A stretch of 45,226 bases of DNA. It comes from Roseiflexus sp. (GTDB lineage: Bacteria; Chloroflexota; Chloroflexia; Chloroflexales; Roseiflexaceae). Shown piece after piece: positions 8,730 through 18,096 of the stretch; the first letter of the stretch is position 1, and each line of letters opens with the position of its first letter. The stretch lies in NCBI GenBank assembly GCA_041641515.1, contig JBEPYG010000002.1:1-45226 (forward strand), given 5' to 3'. Both the position numbers and the translations under genes were made by a program. Under the pieces are notes generated by a model. It did not search any database. It worked only from the letters and a program-made list of their open reading frames with translations, and was not told where the DNA came from.

Positions 8730-10513
8730 AAGTACCTGTTCTTACGCTCTTTCTGAGCATGATGATCATCCTCGCCGGTTGTGGTGCGTCTCCTGCAGCT
8801 GCACCCGCAACGACCGAACCGCCTGCCGCGCCATCTGCCACACCGTTGAGCGAGGAGGCGGCGCTCCTCGCCACCATGGCGGCGAATGCGCCGTCCCCTG
8901 CGGAGACGACCCCCACCGTCCCGCTGCCAACCCCGTTCCCAACCATCACCCTCGGACCGACGGCAGAACCGCGACCGCTACCGGAAGGATGGTGGGACAC
9001 TGCTGTCTGCTATGAAATCTTCGTCCGCTCGTTCTACGACAGCGACGGTGATGGCATTGGCGACATCAACGGGTTGATCGCAAAACTCGACTACATCAAC
9101 GACGGCGACCCAACCAGCGGTTCCGATCTTGGCGTCGACTGCATCTGGCTGATGCCGGTTGCCGAGGCGGCAAGCTACCACGGGTATGATGTCATTGACT
9201 ACTACACGATCGACAAAGACTATGGCACAAACGAAGACTTCAAGCGGCTGATCGAAGAAGCGAACCGTCGCGGCATTCGGGTGATCGTTGATCTGGTATT
9301 GAATCACACCTCCAGTGCACACCCGTGGTTCATCTCAGCACTGAACGACCCATCGTCCCCATACCGCGACTGGTACATCTGGTCCCCGGTCAATCCCGGC
9401 TATCGCGGACCATGGGGACAACAGGTGTGGCACCGTTCGCCGGCGCGGAATGAGTACTACTACGGCGTCTTCGTCGCCGAGATGCCCGACCTGAATTATC
9501 GCAACCCGGAAGTCATCGCCGAAGCGGAGAAGATCGCGGCATTCTGGCTGAGCGAGATGGGGGTCGATGGGTTCCGTCTCGATGCGATCAAGCACATGGT
9601 CGAAAACGGTCCTGAGCAGGAAGGCACGCGCGAGACGCACGCCTGGATGCGTTCATTTGAAGCAGCTATCGAGCGCATCAAACGGGGAACATTTACCGTT
9701 GGCGAGGTCTTTGGTGGACGCGCCGGTTCGCTTGCACCCTACTACCCCGACCAGCTCGACACCTACTTCGAGTTTGGCGTTGCCGAAGGAATCCTGCGCT
9801 CCGCCAACACCGGCGCGCCGGGACCGTACCTGACGGCGGTGGAAGAAGCGCTGACCCGCCTGCCATACCAGCGTTGGGCGCCATTTCTCACCAACCACGA
9901 CCAGGAGCGCGTGATGACAGTTCTCGGCGGCGATACCGGCAAGGCGCGCGTCGCGGCAATCGCGCTGCTGACATCGCCGGGGCTCCCGTTCATCTACTAC
10001 GGCGAAGAAATCGGTATGCAGGGCACGAAGCCCGATGAACTCATTCGCACACCAATGCAGTGGACTGGCGAACCGGGTGCGGGATTTACGACCGGTTCAC
10101 CCTGGCAGGCGCCGCAGAGCGACTTCCCGACGGTCAACGTTGCCGTGCAAGACGCCGATCCCGACTCACTGCTCAACGTCTATCGCACCCTCATCCGTCT
10201 GCACACCACCCGTCCGGCGCTCGGCAAAGGCGATTTCACTGCGCTGAATGCAACCGGCGGCGCGGCGGCGTTCCTGCGGCGCAGCGGCGACGACATCGTG
10301 CTGGTGGTGATTAACTTCAGCGCTAGCTCACTCTCCGGCGTAACCGTCTCAACCCGGCAGAGCGATCTCGATCCCGGCGTCTACACTCCTGACCTGTTAT
10401 TTGGCAGCGGGAACCTTCTGCCATTGACCGTTGGCAGCGATGGATCGATCAGCGCGTATGAGCTGCCTGATATTCCGCCTCAGCGTGCGCTGATCGTCGG
10501 GCTTGGCAGGTGA
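8726..10513 (+). CDS. GH13 alpha-amylase family lipoprotein
   Basis: LAGC lipobox, Pro/Thr linker, YEIFVRSFYDSDGDG, GFRLDAIKH, VGEV, FLTNHD. Confidence 0.92.
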   Translation: MKVPVLTLFLSMMIILAGCGASPAAAPATTEPPAAPSATPLSEEAALLATMAANAPSPAETTPTVPLPTPFPTITLGPTAEPRPLPEGWWDTAVCYEIFVRSFYDSDGDGIGDINGLIAKLDYINDGDPTSGSDLGVDCIWLMPVAEAASYHGYDVIDYYTIDKDYGTNEDFKRLIEEANRRGIRVIVDLVLNHTSSAHPWFISALNDPSSPYRDWYIWSPVNPGYRGPWGQQVWHRSPARNEYYYGVFVAEMPDLNYRNPEVIAEAEKIAAFWLSEMGVDGFRLDAIKHMVENGPEQEGTRETHAWMRSFEAAIERIKRGTFTVGEVFGGRAGSLAPYYPDQLDTYFEFGVAEGILRSANTGAPGPYLTAVEEALTRLPYQRWAPFLTNHDQERVMTVLGGDTGKARVAAIALLTSPGLPFIYYGEEIGMQGTKPDELIRTPMQWTGEPGAGFTTGSPWQAPQSDFPTVNVAVQDADPDSLLNVYRTLIRLHTTRPALGKGDFTALNATGGAAAFLRRSGDDIVLVVINFSASSLSGVTVSTRQSDLDPGVYTPDLLFGSGNLLPLTVGSDGSISAYELPDIPPQRALIVGLGR

Positions 10514-10668
10514 CGCTGTGCAGCAGATCATATAAACACGATGTACTCTCCCGGAGCGTAGAACGCGCCGTTTTGCAGCAGATTGTTGCCAGACACTGAC
10601 AGAAGGCCTGCCCATCGATGCTTGTGTGACCGAAGGAGGCTGCGCTGTTGCAGGGAGGGGATCACCAT

Positions 10669-10850
10669 ATGTCATATAACACTGCCACAATTCGCCATCT
10701 CCTGATTGCGGCGCTGGATGTTGAAACGCTCAATACATATTGTTTCGCTCGTGCACGATCCGCCCATAAGTAGTTTGTCGTCGGGCAGACAAAAGGACAG
10801 CGCGTACACATGCTGCTCGAATATACGGTGGCGCACAGATACGCGCACCG
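10669..10850 (+). pseudogene. Interrupted remnant of a small helical domain, possibly effector-associated-domain-like
   Basis: GGAGG RBS, ATG 10669, in-frame TAG at 10771-10773, frame continues into ORF 10810. Confidence 0.45.
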
Positions 10851-10874
10851 TTCGCAGCCTGCGCCGGAAGACGG

Positions 10875-11300
10875 CTACACATTCATTATGCGCGCCAGAC
10901 CTTCGGGTAGCAGCAACACCCCGCTAACGGCGCATGCCAGCGCTCCGCCGACCGACAACAGACTATTGCGCGCCCGTGCTGCAGATGGCGCATCGTTCCA
11001 GCGCAGAAACTGAAAACTGATAACGATCGCAATACAGGTTGCAATCCCGTGCATGATGCTCGTCAACGGGAAACCTGCTCCCAGCATGCCAAAACCGAAA
11101 AGCACCGCCAGTCCCAATACTCCCTGCACCGTCATCGCACCGGCAAATCCCGCCAGCATCGCGCGGTCGAGACCTTCATACGTTGCGTTTCGCGCCCATA
11201 CCCACCCGCAGCGTATACCGACGACCAGCGCCAGCGCCAGCAGGATCCAGCGCCCCATCGAGTGCCACGTGTATGCCAGCGGAACCAGTTCACGAAGCAT
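10875..11300 (-). CDS. Four-TM membrane protein of unknown function
   Basis: Four hydrophobic segments, HSMGRW motif, AGGA RBS; follows TetR gene. Confidence 0.75.
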   Translation of the reverse strand: MLRELVPLAYTWHSMGRWILLALALVVGIRCGWVWARNATYEGLDRAMLAGFAGAMTVQGVLGLAVLFGFGMLGAGFPLTSIMHGIATCIAIVISFQFLRWNDAPSAARARNSLLSVGGALACAVSGVLLLPEGLARIMNV

Positions 11301-11314
11301 GGTGCTTCCTTTCG

Positions 11315-12019
11315 TCAGTCATGATTGTTCGTTCTAAAAAACTGCCGCTCGATGGATGCCATCTCGTACTCGTAGAGCGCATCGATGCCGGCGCCGATCG
11401 GGGGCAGAATCCCGCTGATCTCCAGTGAAACCAGCCCATGCACCCGCGCCCAGATCACCACTGCCACCGAGAGTGATAAAGCATCGGCGTCGCCGCCGAA
11501 ACGTCTCCACTCCTCAAGCGCCGTTTCATCTCCGGGAGTGATCGGGGGGAACAGGTCTGTTCGTAATCGTCCTACACGGCGCGCGGCTTCCACAACGCTG
11601 ACCAGCACACCAAACGCCCGCGCTCCAGCTGGAAAGACCTGATCCATCGGCGCAACATAACCCGGAACCGGCGTGCCGAAGATGAGCTGGTAGCGCTGCG
11701 GGTGCGCCAGCGCCCACTGACGGTACGCATGCCCAATGGCATGCAGCTGCCCGATGATGTCGTGCTCCGCGAACGCGTCGCGTGCTGCGATCTGCGCATC
11801 GCCAAACGACGTGTAGGCGTCGATGATCAGCGCCGTCACCAGTGCGTCGCGGTCGGGGTAGTAGTTGTAGATCGCAGGCGCGGTAATTTTTAGTCTGCGT
11901 GCGATTGCGCGCAGGCTCAGTGCAGGCGCTCCATATTCGGCGATGTATTGCCAGGCAGTCTCTTTGATCGCCTGCTGTAGATTGATGCTTCGCTCGTCTT
12001 TGCGCGGTCGTGGGGACAT
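11315..12019 (-). CDS. TetR-family regulator (WHG-type C-terminal domain)
   Basis: LSLRAIARRLKITAPAIYNYYPDRDAL HTH; WARVHGLVSLE. Confidence 0.92.
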   Translation of the reverse strand: MSPRPRKDERSINLQQAIKETAWQYIAEYGAPALSLRAIARRLKITAPAIYNYYPDRDALVTALIIDAYTSFGDAQIAARDAFAEHDIIGQLHAIGHAYRQWALAHPQRYQLIFGTPVPGYVAPMDQVFPAGARAFGVLVSVVEAARRVGRLRTDLFPPITPGDETALEEWRRFGGDADALSLSVAVVIWARVHGLVSLEISGILPPIGAGIDALYEYEMASIERQFFRTNNHD

Positions 12020-12042
12020 AGGGCTTCGTGAAAATAAACATC

Positions 12043-12087
12043 GTATATTTACACTGTAAATGTACAATGTTTGGCTTGCTTTGTCAA
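12043..12087 (-). promoter_or_regulatory. Promoter TTGACA-N17-TACATT overlapped by palindrome ATTTACA-C-TGTAAAT
   Basis: -35 at 12087-12082, -10 at 12064-12059, palindrome 12047-12061. Confidence 0.7.
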
Positions 12088-12107
12088 GAGGAAGATCGGA
12101 GGAACTG

Positions 12108-12136
12108 TTGACGGTGACTGCTCCATCGTCTACGAT
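12108..12136 (+). promoter_or_regulatory. Promoter TTGACG-N17-TACGAT
   Basis: Near-consensus hexamers with 17-bp spacer before gene 12190. Confidence 0.55.
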
Positions 12137-12189
12137 TTTGAAGAATTCGATATCGTAGACGACGGGCCTGTGCCCGCGCGTGGCGGACT

Positions 12190-12510
12190 ATGATGGGCAG
12201 TGCAGCAAAACGAGGAGCGATTGCCGGTCTGATCGCCGGCGTGCTTGTGCTGGGAGGGGTTCTGGCGGTCGTTCTGCAGTGCCTTCCGTTGCGTATCGCT
12301 CCACCTGTCGCTCCCGGACCCTGGTATTGCACCGATCCGGTCTATGGCGCCATCGGCTATCTCGCGTTTCCGGTCAATCTTCTCACCAATGACCTGGCGA
12401 CGGCTCTTCCACTCGCGCCGCTCTCTCTGGTCGTGTATGCGCTGCTGGGGATGGCAATCGGTGCAGTGGCGCAAAAGGCGCGCTCAGGCAAGCGTAAACA
12501 CACACCGTAA
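12190..12510 (+). CDS. Small membrane protein of unknown function
   Basis: Two to three hydrophobic helices, basic C-terminus, upstream promoter. Confidence 0.6.
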   Translation: MMGSAAKRGAIAGLIAGVLVLGGVLAVVLQCLPLRIAPPVAPGPWYCTDPVYGAIGYLAFPVNLLTNDLATALPLAPLSLVVYALLGMAIGAVAQKARSGKRKHTP

Positions 12511-12618
12511 AAATTGTTTTTGCGTCGGCGAGGCGGCGTCTTATGGCGCTTGCAACAGCTATACTGCCGCCAGTCCTTGATCGCGGAGCGTCCTCGCCTT
12601 GACCTGTGACCGATGCAC

Positions 12619-15363
12619 TCAACTCGCTATTTGCGCCAGATCGGCAGCGATCGCCGCCAATCGATCAGGCGTTATCTTGTCTGGTGCAAACCCTGCCATC
12701 TGCGCCAGTGTCAGTCCCATCATCACACCGACGCCAGCCTGTTCGACAAAGCCGGGCAAATGCCGCTCCAGGATGCTGCGGGCGATATCGTGTTCGATCA
12801 GGAGTTTGACCGGTGAGTCAACACTCAGTTTCACCGGCGGTTTTGCCGGTCCGCCGAATGTCGTCGTGTCACTGAGACGGAATGCTGCACACACTCGAAT
12901 ATCCTGTGATGAGCTGCCCACCTGAACCTCAAACGTACCTGCTTCAGCAACCCAGGCGTGTTGTGAGTCATCCCAGTATGCCAGCGCATCGCGATCAAGA
13001 ACGAAGGTGACCGTGGTTGTCTCTCCCGGTTGTAGTGCGACTTTGGCGAACCCCTTCAGTTCTTTCTCCGGTCGGGTGAGACGTGCAGCAATGTCGCGCA
13101 CGTACAGTTGCACCACTTCCTGCCCGGCGATCTGACCGGTATTGGTAATGTCGACCCGGACCGTGATCTGATCATCGGGCCCGATGACATCGGCGCTCAG
13201 GCGCAGGTTGTCGTAGCGAAATGTGGTATACGACAGACCGAAGCCGAAGGGAAAGAGCGGTGCGATCTTTTTCTTCTCGTAGTAGCGATAACCGACAAAA
13301 ATGCCCTCTCCATAGCGTACTCGCCCATTCTCGCCTGGATAGTTGATGTACGCCGGATTGTCTTCCAGTCGTACGGGAAAGGTTTGTGGAAGTTTCCCTG
13401 ATGGGTTGACATCGCCAAACAACACATCAGCAATCGCATGTCCGCATTCCTGACCGGGATACCACGCCTGTACGACAGCTGCTACCTTTCCCAGCCAGGG
13501 CATCGTAACCGGTGAACCGGTTTGTAGGACAACAATGGTGCGCGGGTTGGCAGCTGCCACCCGCTCGATCAGTTCATTTTGCCTGCCAACCAGGTCCATG
13601 TGAGGACGATCGTGTCCTTCACTTTCCCAGTCAGCGTTCAACCCGGCGAACACCAGCGCGACATCAGAGCGAGCGGCAGCGTTGGCAGCGCGCTCAATGG
13701 CATCTTCCGCAATTGGTGGAAGATAACCGAGACGCACGGCAGCGAGCATGGGTGCGCCCTGGTTGCTATACTCCAGGCGCAGTGCGTATGACTGTCCGGC
13801 TTCCAGCGCCACTGATGCCGTGACTTCGGAGCTGCCGGCGCCGAAGAAGGCATCGCCGCGCGTCTGGTTTGTCCAGTTGTCAATAAGCGGTACATCATTA
13901 ACGAAGAGGCGACTCAACCCGGCACTGATCAGGCTGAACGTATGGGTGCCACTTTCAGCAGGGGTGAACCGTGCAGTGAGGCGTGCGGAAAACTGGCGCG
14001 GATCGATGCCTGGCGCCACATCGCCAAGCCAGACGTGCTCGCTGCTTGCGGTTGTCGTTTGATACGTCGGCTCGCCGGTCAGGTCGTCATTGTTGTAGTA
14101 GGCGATCGTAAATCCACGTTCTCCGCTGCTGTCTGGGGTGACATATGCACTGTCGAGCCGTGGCAGGTTGCGATGGTTCGTGCATCCGATTTCATAGTTG
14201 ACCAGCGTCCCGTTGCCGAGTCGTGCAACAATTCCGTCGTAGGGAGAAACAGCGTAGTGGGCATTGACCTGAGCGCTGCCGCCACCCATAATCTGTGCAG
14301 TCTTGGCGTTAGGTCCGATCATTGCAATTGATGACAGGTTTGCTCGATTGAGGGGTAAAATGCCGCCCTCATTCTTGAGCAGCACCATTCCTTCAGCAGC
14401 GGCGCGGCGAATGAGTGCACGGTGCTCGGGTCGATCAATCGCCTGCTCGGGGCGAATCTCTGGATTCTCGAATGCTCCAGTCCGCGCAATAGTGCGCAAC
14501 ATCCTGCGGACCGATTCGTCAATCGACGCCATACTCACCTGACCGCCTTCAACGGCAGCGATCAGCCGTTCACCACGCCAGCGTGTCGGTCCGGGCATCT
14601 CAAGGTCCAGTCCATTGGCGGCAGCTTCACCAACACTCTTCGTGCCAAACCAGTCGGACATGACGATGCCGTCGAATCCCCATTCCCGCTTGAGAATATC
14701 GATTAACAACACTGGATGTTCGCTGGCATACGTGCCGTTGACACGATTGTATGCGGCCATCACTGCCCAGGTTTTCGCTTCCTGAACAGCTGCGCGGAAG
14801 GGGGGCAGATAGATCTCGCGCAGTGTCCGTTCATCGACCTCAGAACTGATCGTATTGCGCTCGAATTCAGAGTCATTGCAGACGTAATGCTTGACAGTCG
14901 CTCCTATGCCGCGTCGCTGTAGTCCGGTGATATACGCAACAGCGATGCGCGCCGAGAGGTGCGGATCCTCGGAATAGCACTCGAAGTTGCGCCCGTTGAG
15001 TGGCGAACGATGGATGTTGACAGTCGGCGCCAGAAGGAGATGCGCTCCTTTGGATTGTGCTTCTTCTGCCAGCGCCTCACCGATCTGTTCCAACAGGTCG
15101 GTATTCCACGTCGCTGCCAGTGCAATGCCAGCAGGGAAGCATGCCGCAGTAACCGTTCCGCCGACAAACCCGCCAGCGCCACGCGCGCCATTCGGTCCGT
15201 CGGTCACCTTGATCGCGGGGATGCCCAGGCGCTCAATCGGCGTGGTCGTCCACATACTCGATCCTGCCAGAAGCGCAACCTTTTCTACCAGTGTCATTTG
15301 CTGCAACAGTGATGCAATGCGCGCTTCTACATCTTTGTTCGGGGTGGCTTCAGCGCCGGTCAT
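12619..15363 (-). CDS. GH3 beta-glucosidase with PA14 and FnIII domains
   Basis: TDGPNGARG, GRNFECYSEDP, VKHY, MSDW nucleophile, YGEGIFVGYRYY, RPEKELKGF. Confidence 0.93.
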   Translation of the reverse strand: MTGAEATPNKDVEARIASLLQQMTLVEKVALLAGSSMWTTTPIERLGIPAIKVTDGPNGARGAGGFVGGTVTAACFPAGIALAATWNTDLLEQIGEALAEEAQSKGAHLLLAPTVNIHRSPLNGRNFECYSEDPHLSARIAVAYITGLQRRGIGATVKHYVCNDSEFERNTISSEVDERTLREIYLPPFRAAVQEAKTWAVMAAYNRVNGTYASEHPVLLIDILKREWGFDGIVMSDWFGTKSVGEAAANGLDLEMPGPTRWRGERLIAAVEGGQVSMASIDESVRRMLRTIARTGAFENPEIRPEQAIDRPEHRALIRRAAAEGMVLLKNEGGILPLNRANLSSIAMIGPNAKTAQIMGGGSAQVNAHYAVSPYDGIVARLGNGTLVNYEIGCTNHRNLPRLDSAYVTPDSSGERGFTIAYYNNDDLTGEPTYQTTTASSEHVWLGDVAPGIDPRQFSARLTARFTPAESGTHTFSLISAGLSRLFVNDVPLIDNWTNQTRGDAFFGAGSSEVTASVALEAGQSYALRLEYSNQGAPMLAAVRLGYLPPIAEDAIERAANAAARSDVALVFAGLNADWESEGHDRPHMDLVGRQNELIERVAAANPRTIVVLQTGSPVTMPWLGKVAAVVQAWYPGQECGHAIADVLFGDVNPSGKLPQTFPVRLEDNPAYINYPGENGRVRYGEGIFVGYRYYEKKKIAPLFPFGFGLSYTTFRYDNLRLSADVIGPDDQITVRVDITNTGQIAGQEVVQLYVRDIAARLTRPEKELKGFAKVALQPGETTTVTFVLDRDALAYWDDSQHAWVAEAGTFEVQVGSSSQDIRVCAAFRLSDTTTFGGPAKPPVKLSVDSPVKLLIEHDIARSILERHLPGFVEQAGVGVMMGLTLAQMAGFAPDKITPDRLAAIAADLAQIAS

Positions 15364-15477
15364 AGTTGTCCTCTGCTATCCAGAACGTGCACGATGGTAC
15401 GCTTGCTCTGTTCCTTGGCGCACCGGATACCGGTCTCTGAGAGGTGTTGCGTTCTCGTGTCGAGGCATTGCACCGTT

Positions 15478-15546
15478 GCCGTGGAGATGTGGAGACGATG
15501 CAATGTCGCCGTGGAGATGTGGAGACGATGCACTGCACCGTCTCTC
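15478..15546. repeat. Tandem 25-bp repeat (30-bp period) ending in a REP-like hairpin
   Basis: GCCGTGGAGATGTGGAGACGATGCA at 15478 and 15508; GAGACG-ATGCA-C-TGCAC-CGTCTC. Confidence 0.7.
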
Positions 15547-15625
15547 CCCGCCGGAAACAGGGTTGTTGCGTACCCAGACGGGACGTATTCTAGCAGGTGT
15601 GGTTGTCGTGTCAAGGACAGCCGGT

Positions 15626-17107
15626 CTAGCTGTGTTCAGGTGTTTCGAGCGCTTTCACCACTGCCGCTCGCAGGACCTTCCCCGATGCTGTGCGCGGCAA
15701 CTCTTCAACAATGCGAACGATGCGCGGTTGTTTGTACCCGGCCAGGCGCGCCCGGCTGAATGCCAGAATCTCTTCGATACCCACGCTCTGATCACGTAAC
15801 ACGATCGCTGCCCCCACCTGCTGCCCCCACTCTGCCGACGGTACGCCAACCACCGCGACATCGGCGACTGCCGGGTGCTGACGCAGCACCTGCTCGACTT
15901 CCACCGGGTAGATATTCTCGCCGCCACTGATGATCAGGTCGCTGCGTCGCTGCACTACCCACAGGTCGCCGTCGGCGTCGAGATAGCCGATGTCCCCTGT
16001 GGCAAACCATGCGTCGGCGTCGAGCGGTGTGGCGCCAAGGTAACCGCGCATCAGGGTCGGACCCTGCACCAAGATGTCACCGTAGATGCCAGGCGGCTGA
16101 TCGCGCCCCTGTTCGTCCACCACTCGCACGCGGGTGAAGATCAGTGGTCGCCCGACGCTGCCGGGTGTGCGCCGTACCTCATCGGGGAGCGCTGTCGCCA
16201 CCTGTGATGCCGCCTCGGTCAGACCATAGGTGGCGGCGATGGGCCACCCGGACTGCAACGCGCGCTCCAGCAGATCGGGCGGCGCGGCAGCTCCGCCGAG
16301 CAAGACTAGCCGCAGGTGTGGCGGCGGTGCATCTCCGGCATGCTCGAGCAAACGGTAAAGCATCGTCGGCACCAGCGAGATGAGGGTGACCGGTGTTGTC
16401 CGCAACCGCTCGAAGATTGCTGCCGCATCGAAGCGCTGCCAGAGATCAACTGCAGTGCCGTACAAACACGACCGGAGCAGAATACTGAGCCCGCCGACGT
16501 GGTAGAGCGGCAACACGCAGAGCCAGCGGTCGTGCGGCAACACCCCGATGCGGTACGCCGATGCCATCGCACTGGCAAAGAACGCGCCATATGTCAGCAC
16601 TGCACCCCGTGGTGCGCCCGTCGTGCCAGAGGTGAAGATGATGGCAAACGGCGCATCGAGATCGATGGTGCGCTCGTCGTATGCGGCGCTTTGTGCAGGT
16701 AATCGATGGATCGACGTCGGGCGCGGGTCATCGACCGGGTCAACACAGAGCACACGGGGCGCGGAAGGGAGCGCCAGCGCCGCCGGGAGCGTGTCACGCT
16801 CGCACACCAGGAAGTCGCACATCGCAGCGCGTACCTGACCATCGAGTTCCGCAGGGGTCAGGCGCGTGTTGAACAGTGCCAGTGTCACACCGAGGCGCGG
16901 TGCGGCGTGCACCGCCAGCACCGCTTCGAGACGGTTCGACAGCAGCACGCCGATAACCATGCCGCGCTCGACGCCGGCTGCCGCAAGCTTGGAAGCGAAC
17001 ACTGCTGTCTGTGCGTGCAGCGCGCGATACGTCAGCGTTGCTTCGCCGGTGATCAGCGCTGCGCCGTCGGGTCGCGCCAGCGCCTGAGCCGAAAGCCAGT
17101 CACGCAT
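15626..17107 (-). CDS. menE: o-succinylbenzoate-CoA ligase
   Basis: FTSGTTGAPRG, YGLTEAASQV, ATGDIG, ISGGENIYP; TGATG overlap with menB. Confidence 0.9.
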   Translation of the reverse strand: MRDWLSAQALARPDGAALITGEATLTYRALHAQTAVFASKLAAAGVERGMVIGVLLSNRLEAVLAVHAAPRLGVTLALFNTRLTPAELDGQVRAAMCDFLVCERDTLPAALALPSAPRVLCVDPVDDPRPTSIHRLPAQSAAYDERTIDLDAPFAIIFTSGTTGAPRGAVLTYGAFFASAMASAYRIGVLPHDRWLCVLPLYHVGGLSILLRSCLYGTAVDLWQRFDAAAIFERLRTTPVTLISLVPTMLYRLLEHAGDAPPPHLRLVLLGGAAAPPDLLERALQSGWPIAATYGLTEAASQVATALPDEVRRTPGSVGRPLIFTRVRVVDEQGRDQPPGIYGDILVQGPTLMRGYLGATPLDADAWFATGDIGYLDADGDLWVVQRRSDLIISGGENIYPVEVEQVLRQHPAVADVAVVGVPSAEWGQQVGAAIVLRDQSVGIEEILAFSRARLAGYKQPRIVRIVEELPRTASGKVLRAAVVKALETPEHS

Positions 17108-17970
17108 CATGGACGGCGCGGAAATTTCGAGAAATCAGGCTTGCGCTTCTCCAGGTACGCTTTCCTGCCTTCGTTGCCTTCTTCGGTCATGTAGAAGAGC
17201 ATGGTGGCGTCGCCCGCCAGCGCCTGAATGCCGGTTTGACCGTCGAGATCGGCATTGAAGCCCGCTTTGAGGAAGCGAATGGCAATCGGACTCTTCTCCA
17301 GAATCTCTTGCGCCCAGCGCACTGCTTCGTCTTCCAGTTCGTCCACCGGCACGATTGTGTTGACCAGCCCCATCTCCAATGCCTGCTGCGCATTGTACTG
17401 CCGGCAGAGGTACCAGATCTCGCGCGCCTTCTTCTGCCCGACGATCGCTGCCAGATAACTCGAACCAAACCCGGCATCGAAACTCCCGACGATCGGTCCG
17501 GTCTGACCGAAAATAGCATTGTCCGCCGCAATCGTGAGGTCACAGATGACGTGCAGCACGTGTCCGCCGCCAATCGCATACCCGGCGACAGCCGCGATCA
17601 CCGGCTTTGGTATGGTGCGGATGTAGCGTTGCAGTTGCAGCACATTCAGCCGGGCAACACCCTCGTCGTCGATGTACCCCGCCTGTCCGCGCACCGTCTG
17701 GTCGCCGCCAGAGCAGAATGCGTACTTGCCATCTTTCGGGCTGGGTCCGTTGCCGGTCAGGATGACAACGCCGACGCTCTGGTCGTGCCAGGCAGTCAGA
17801 AGCGCTTCGGTCATCTCGTCGATCGTCTTGGGACGAAAGGCATTGCGGATTTCAGGACGGTTGAAGGCAATGCGGGCGATCCCTCCGCCAACGTGAAAGG
17901 TGATATCTTCGTATTCCTTGACTTCGGTCCATTCCACGAGCGATGACAGAGTGGGTGTAAAGCGTGCCAT
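17107..17970 (-). CDS. menB: 1,4-dihydroxy-2-naphthoyl-CoA synthase
   Basis: [33 protein letters not shown]; AAGGAG RBS before MARF. Confidence 0.96.
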   Translation of the reverse strand: MARFTPTLSSLVEWTEVKEYEDITFHVGGGIARIAFNRPEIRNAFRPKTIDEMTEALLTAWHDQSVGVVILTGNGPSPKDGKYAFCSGGDQTVRGQAGYIDDEGVARLNVLQLQRYIRTIPKPVIAAVAGYAIGGGHVLHVICDLTIAADNAIFGQTGPIVGSFDAGFGSSYLAAIVGQKKAREIWYLCRQYNAQQALEMGLVNTIVPVDELEDEAVRWAQEILEKSPIAIRFLKAGFNADLDGQTGIQALAGDATMLFYMTEEGNEGRKAYLEKRKPDFSKFPRRP

Positions 17971-18007
17971 GGCGTTCTCCTTGGTTATGGTTGTACGATT
18001 CGTTTGA

Positions 18008-18072
18008 TGACGGCGCCGTTGCAACGCAACGGCGTTATGAGTGACGGCAGCGTTGTTGTTCTCCAACAACGG
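18008..18072. repeat. Twin hairpins in the menD-menB spacer
   Basis: CGCCGTTGC-AAC-GCAACGGCG (18014-18034) and CGTTGTTG-TTCTC-CAACAACG (18051-18071). Confidence 0.6.
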
Positions 18073-18096
18073 TACGAGGCAGACAACGTTCGGATG

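Noticed and set aside
15478-15532. Possible mini-CRISPR
   Set aside because: Only two units separated by 5 bp; no spacers or cas genes.
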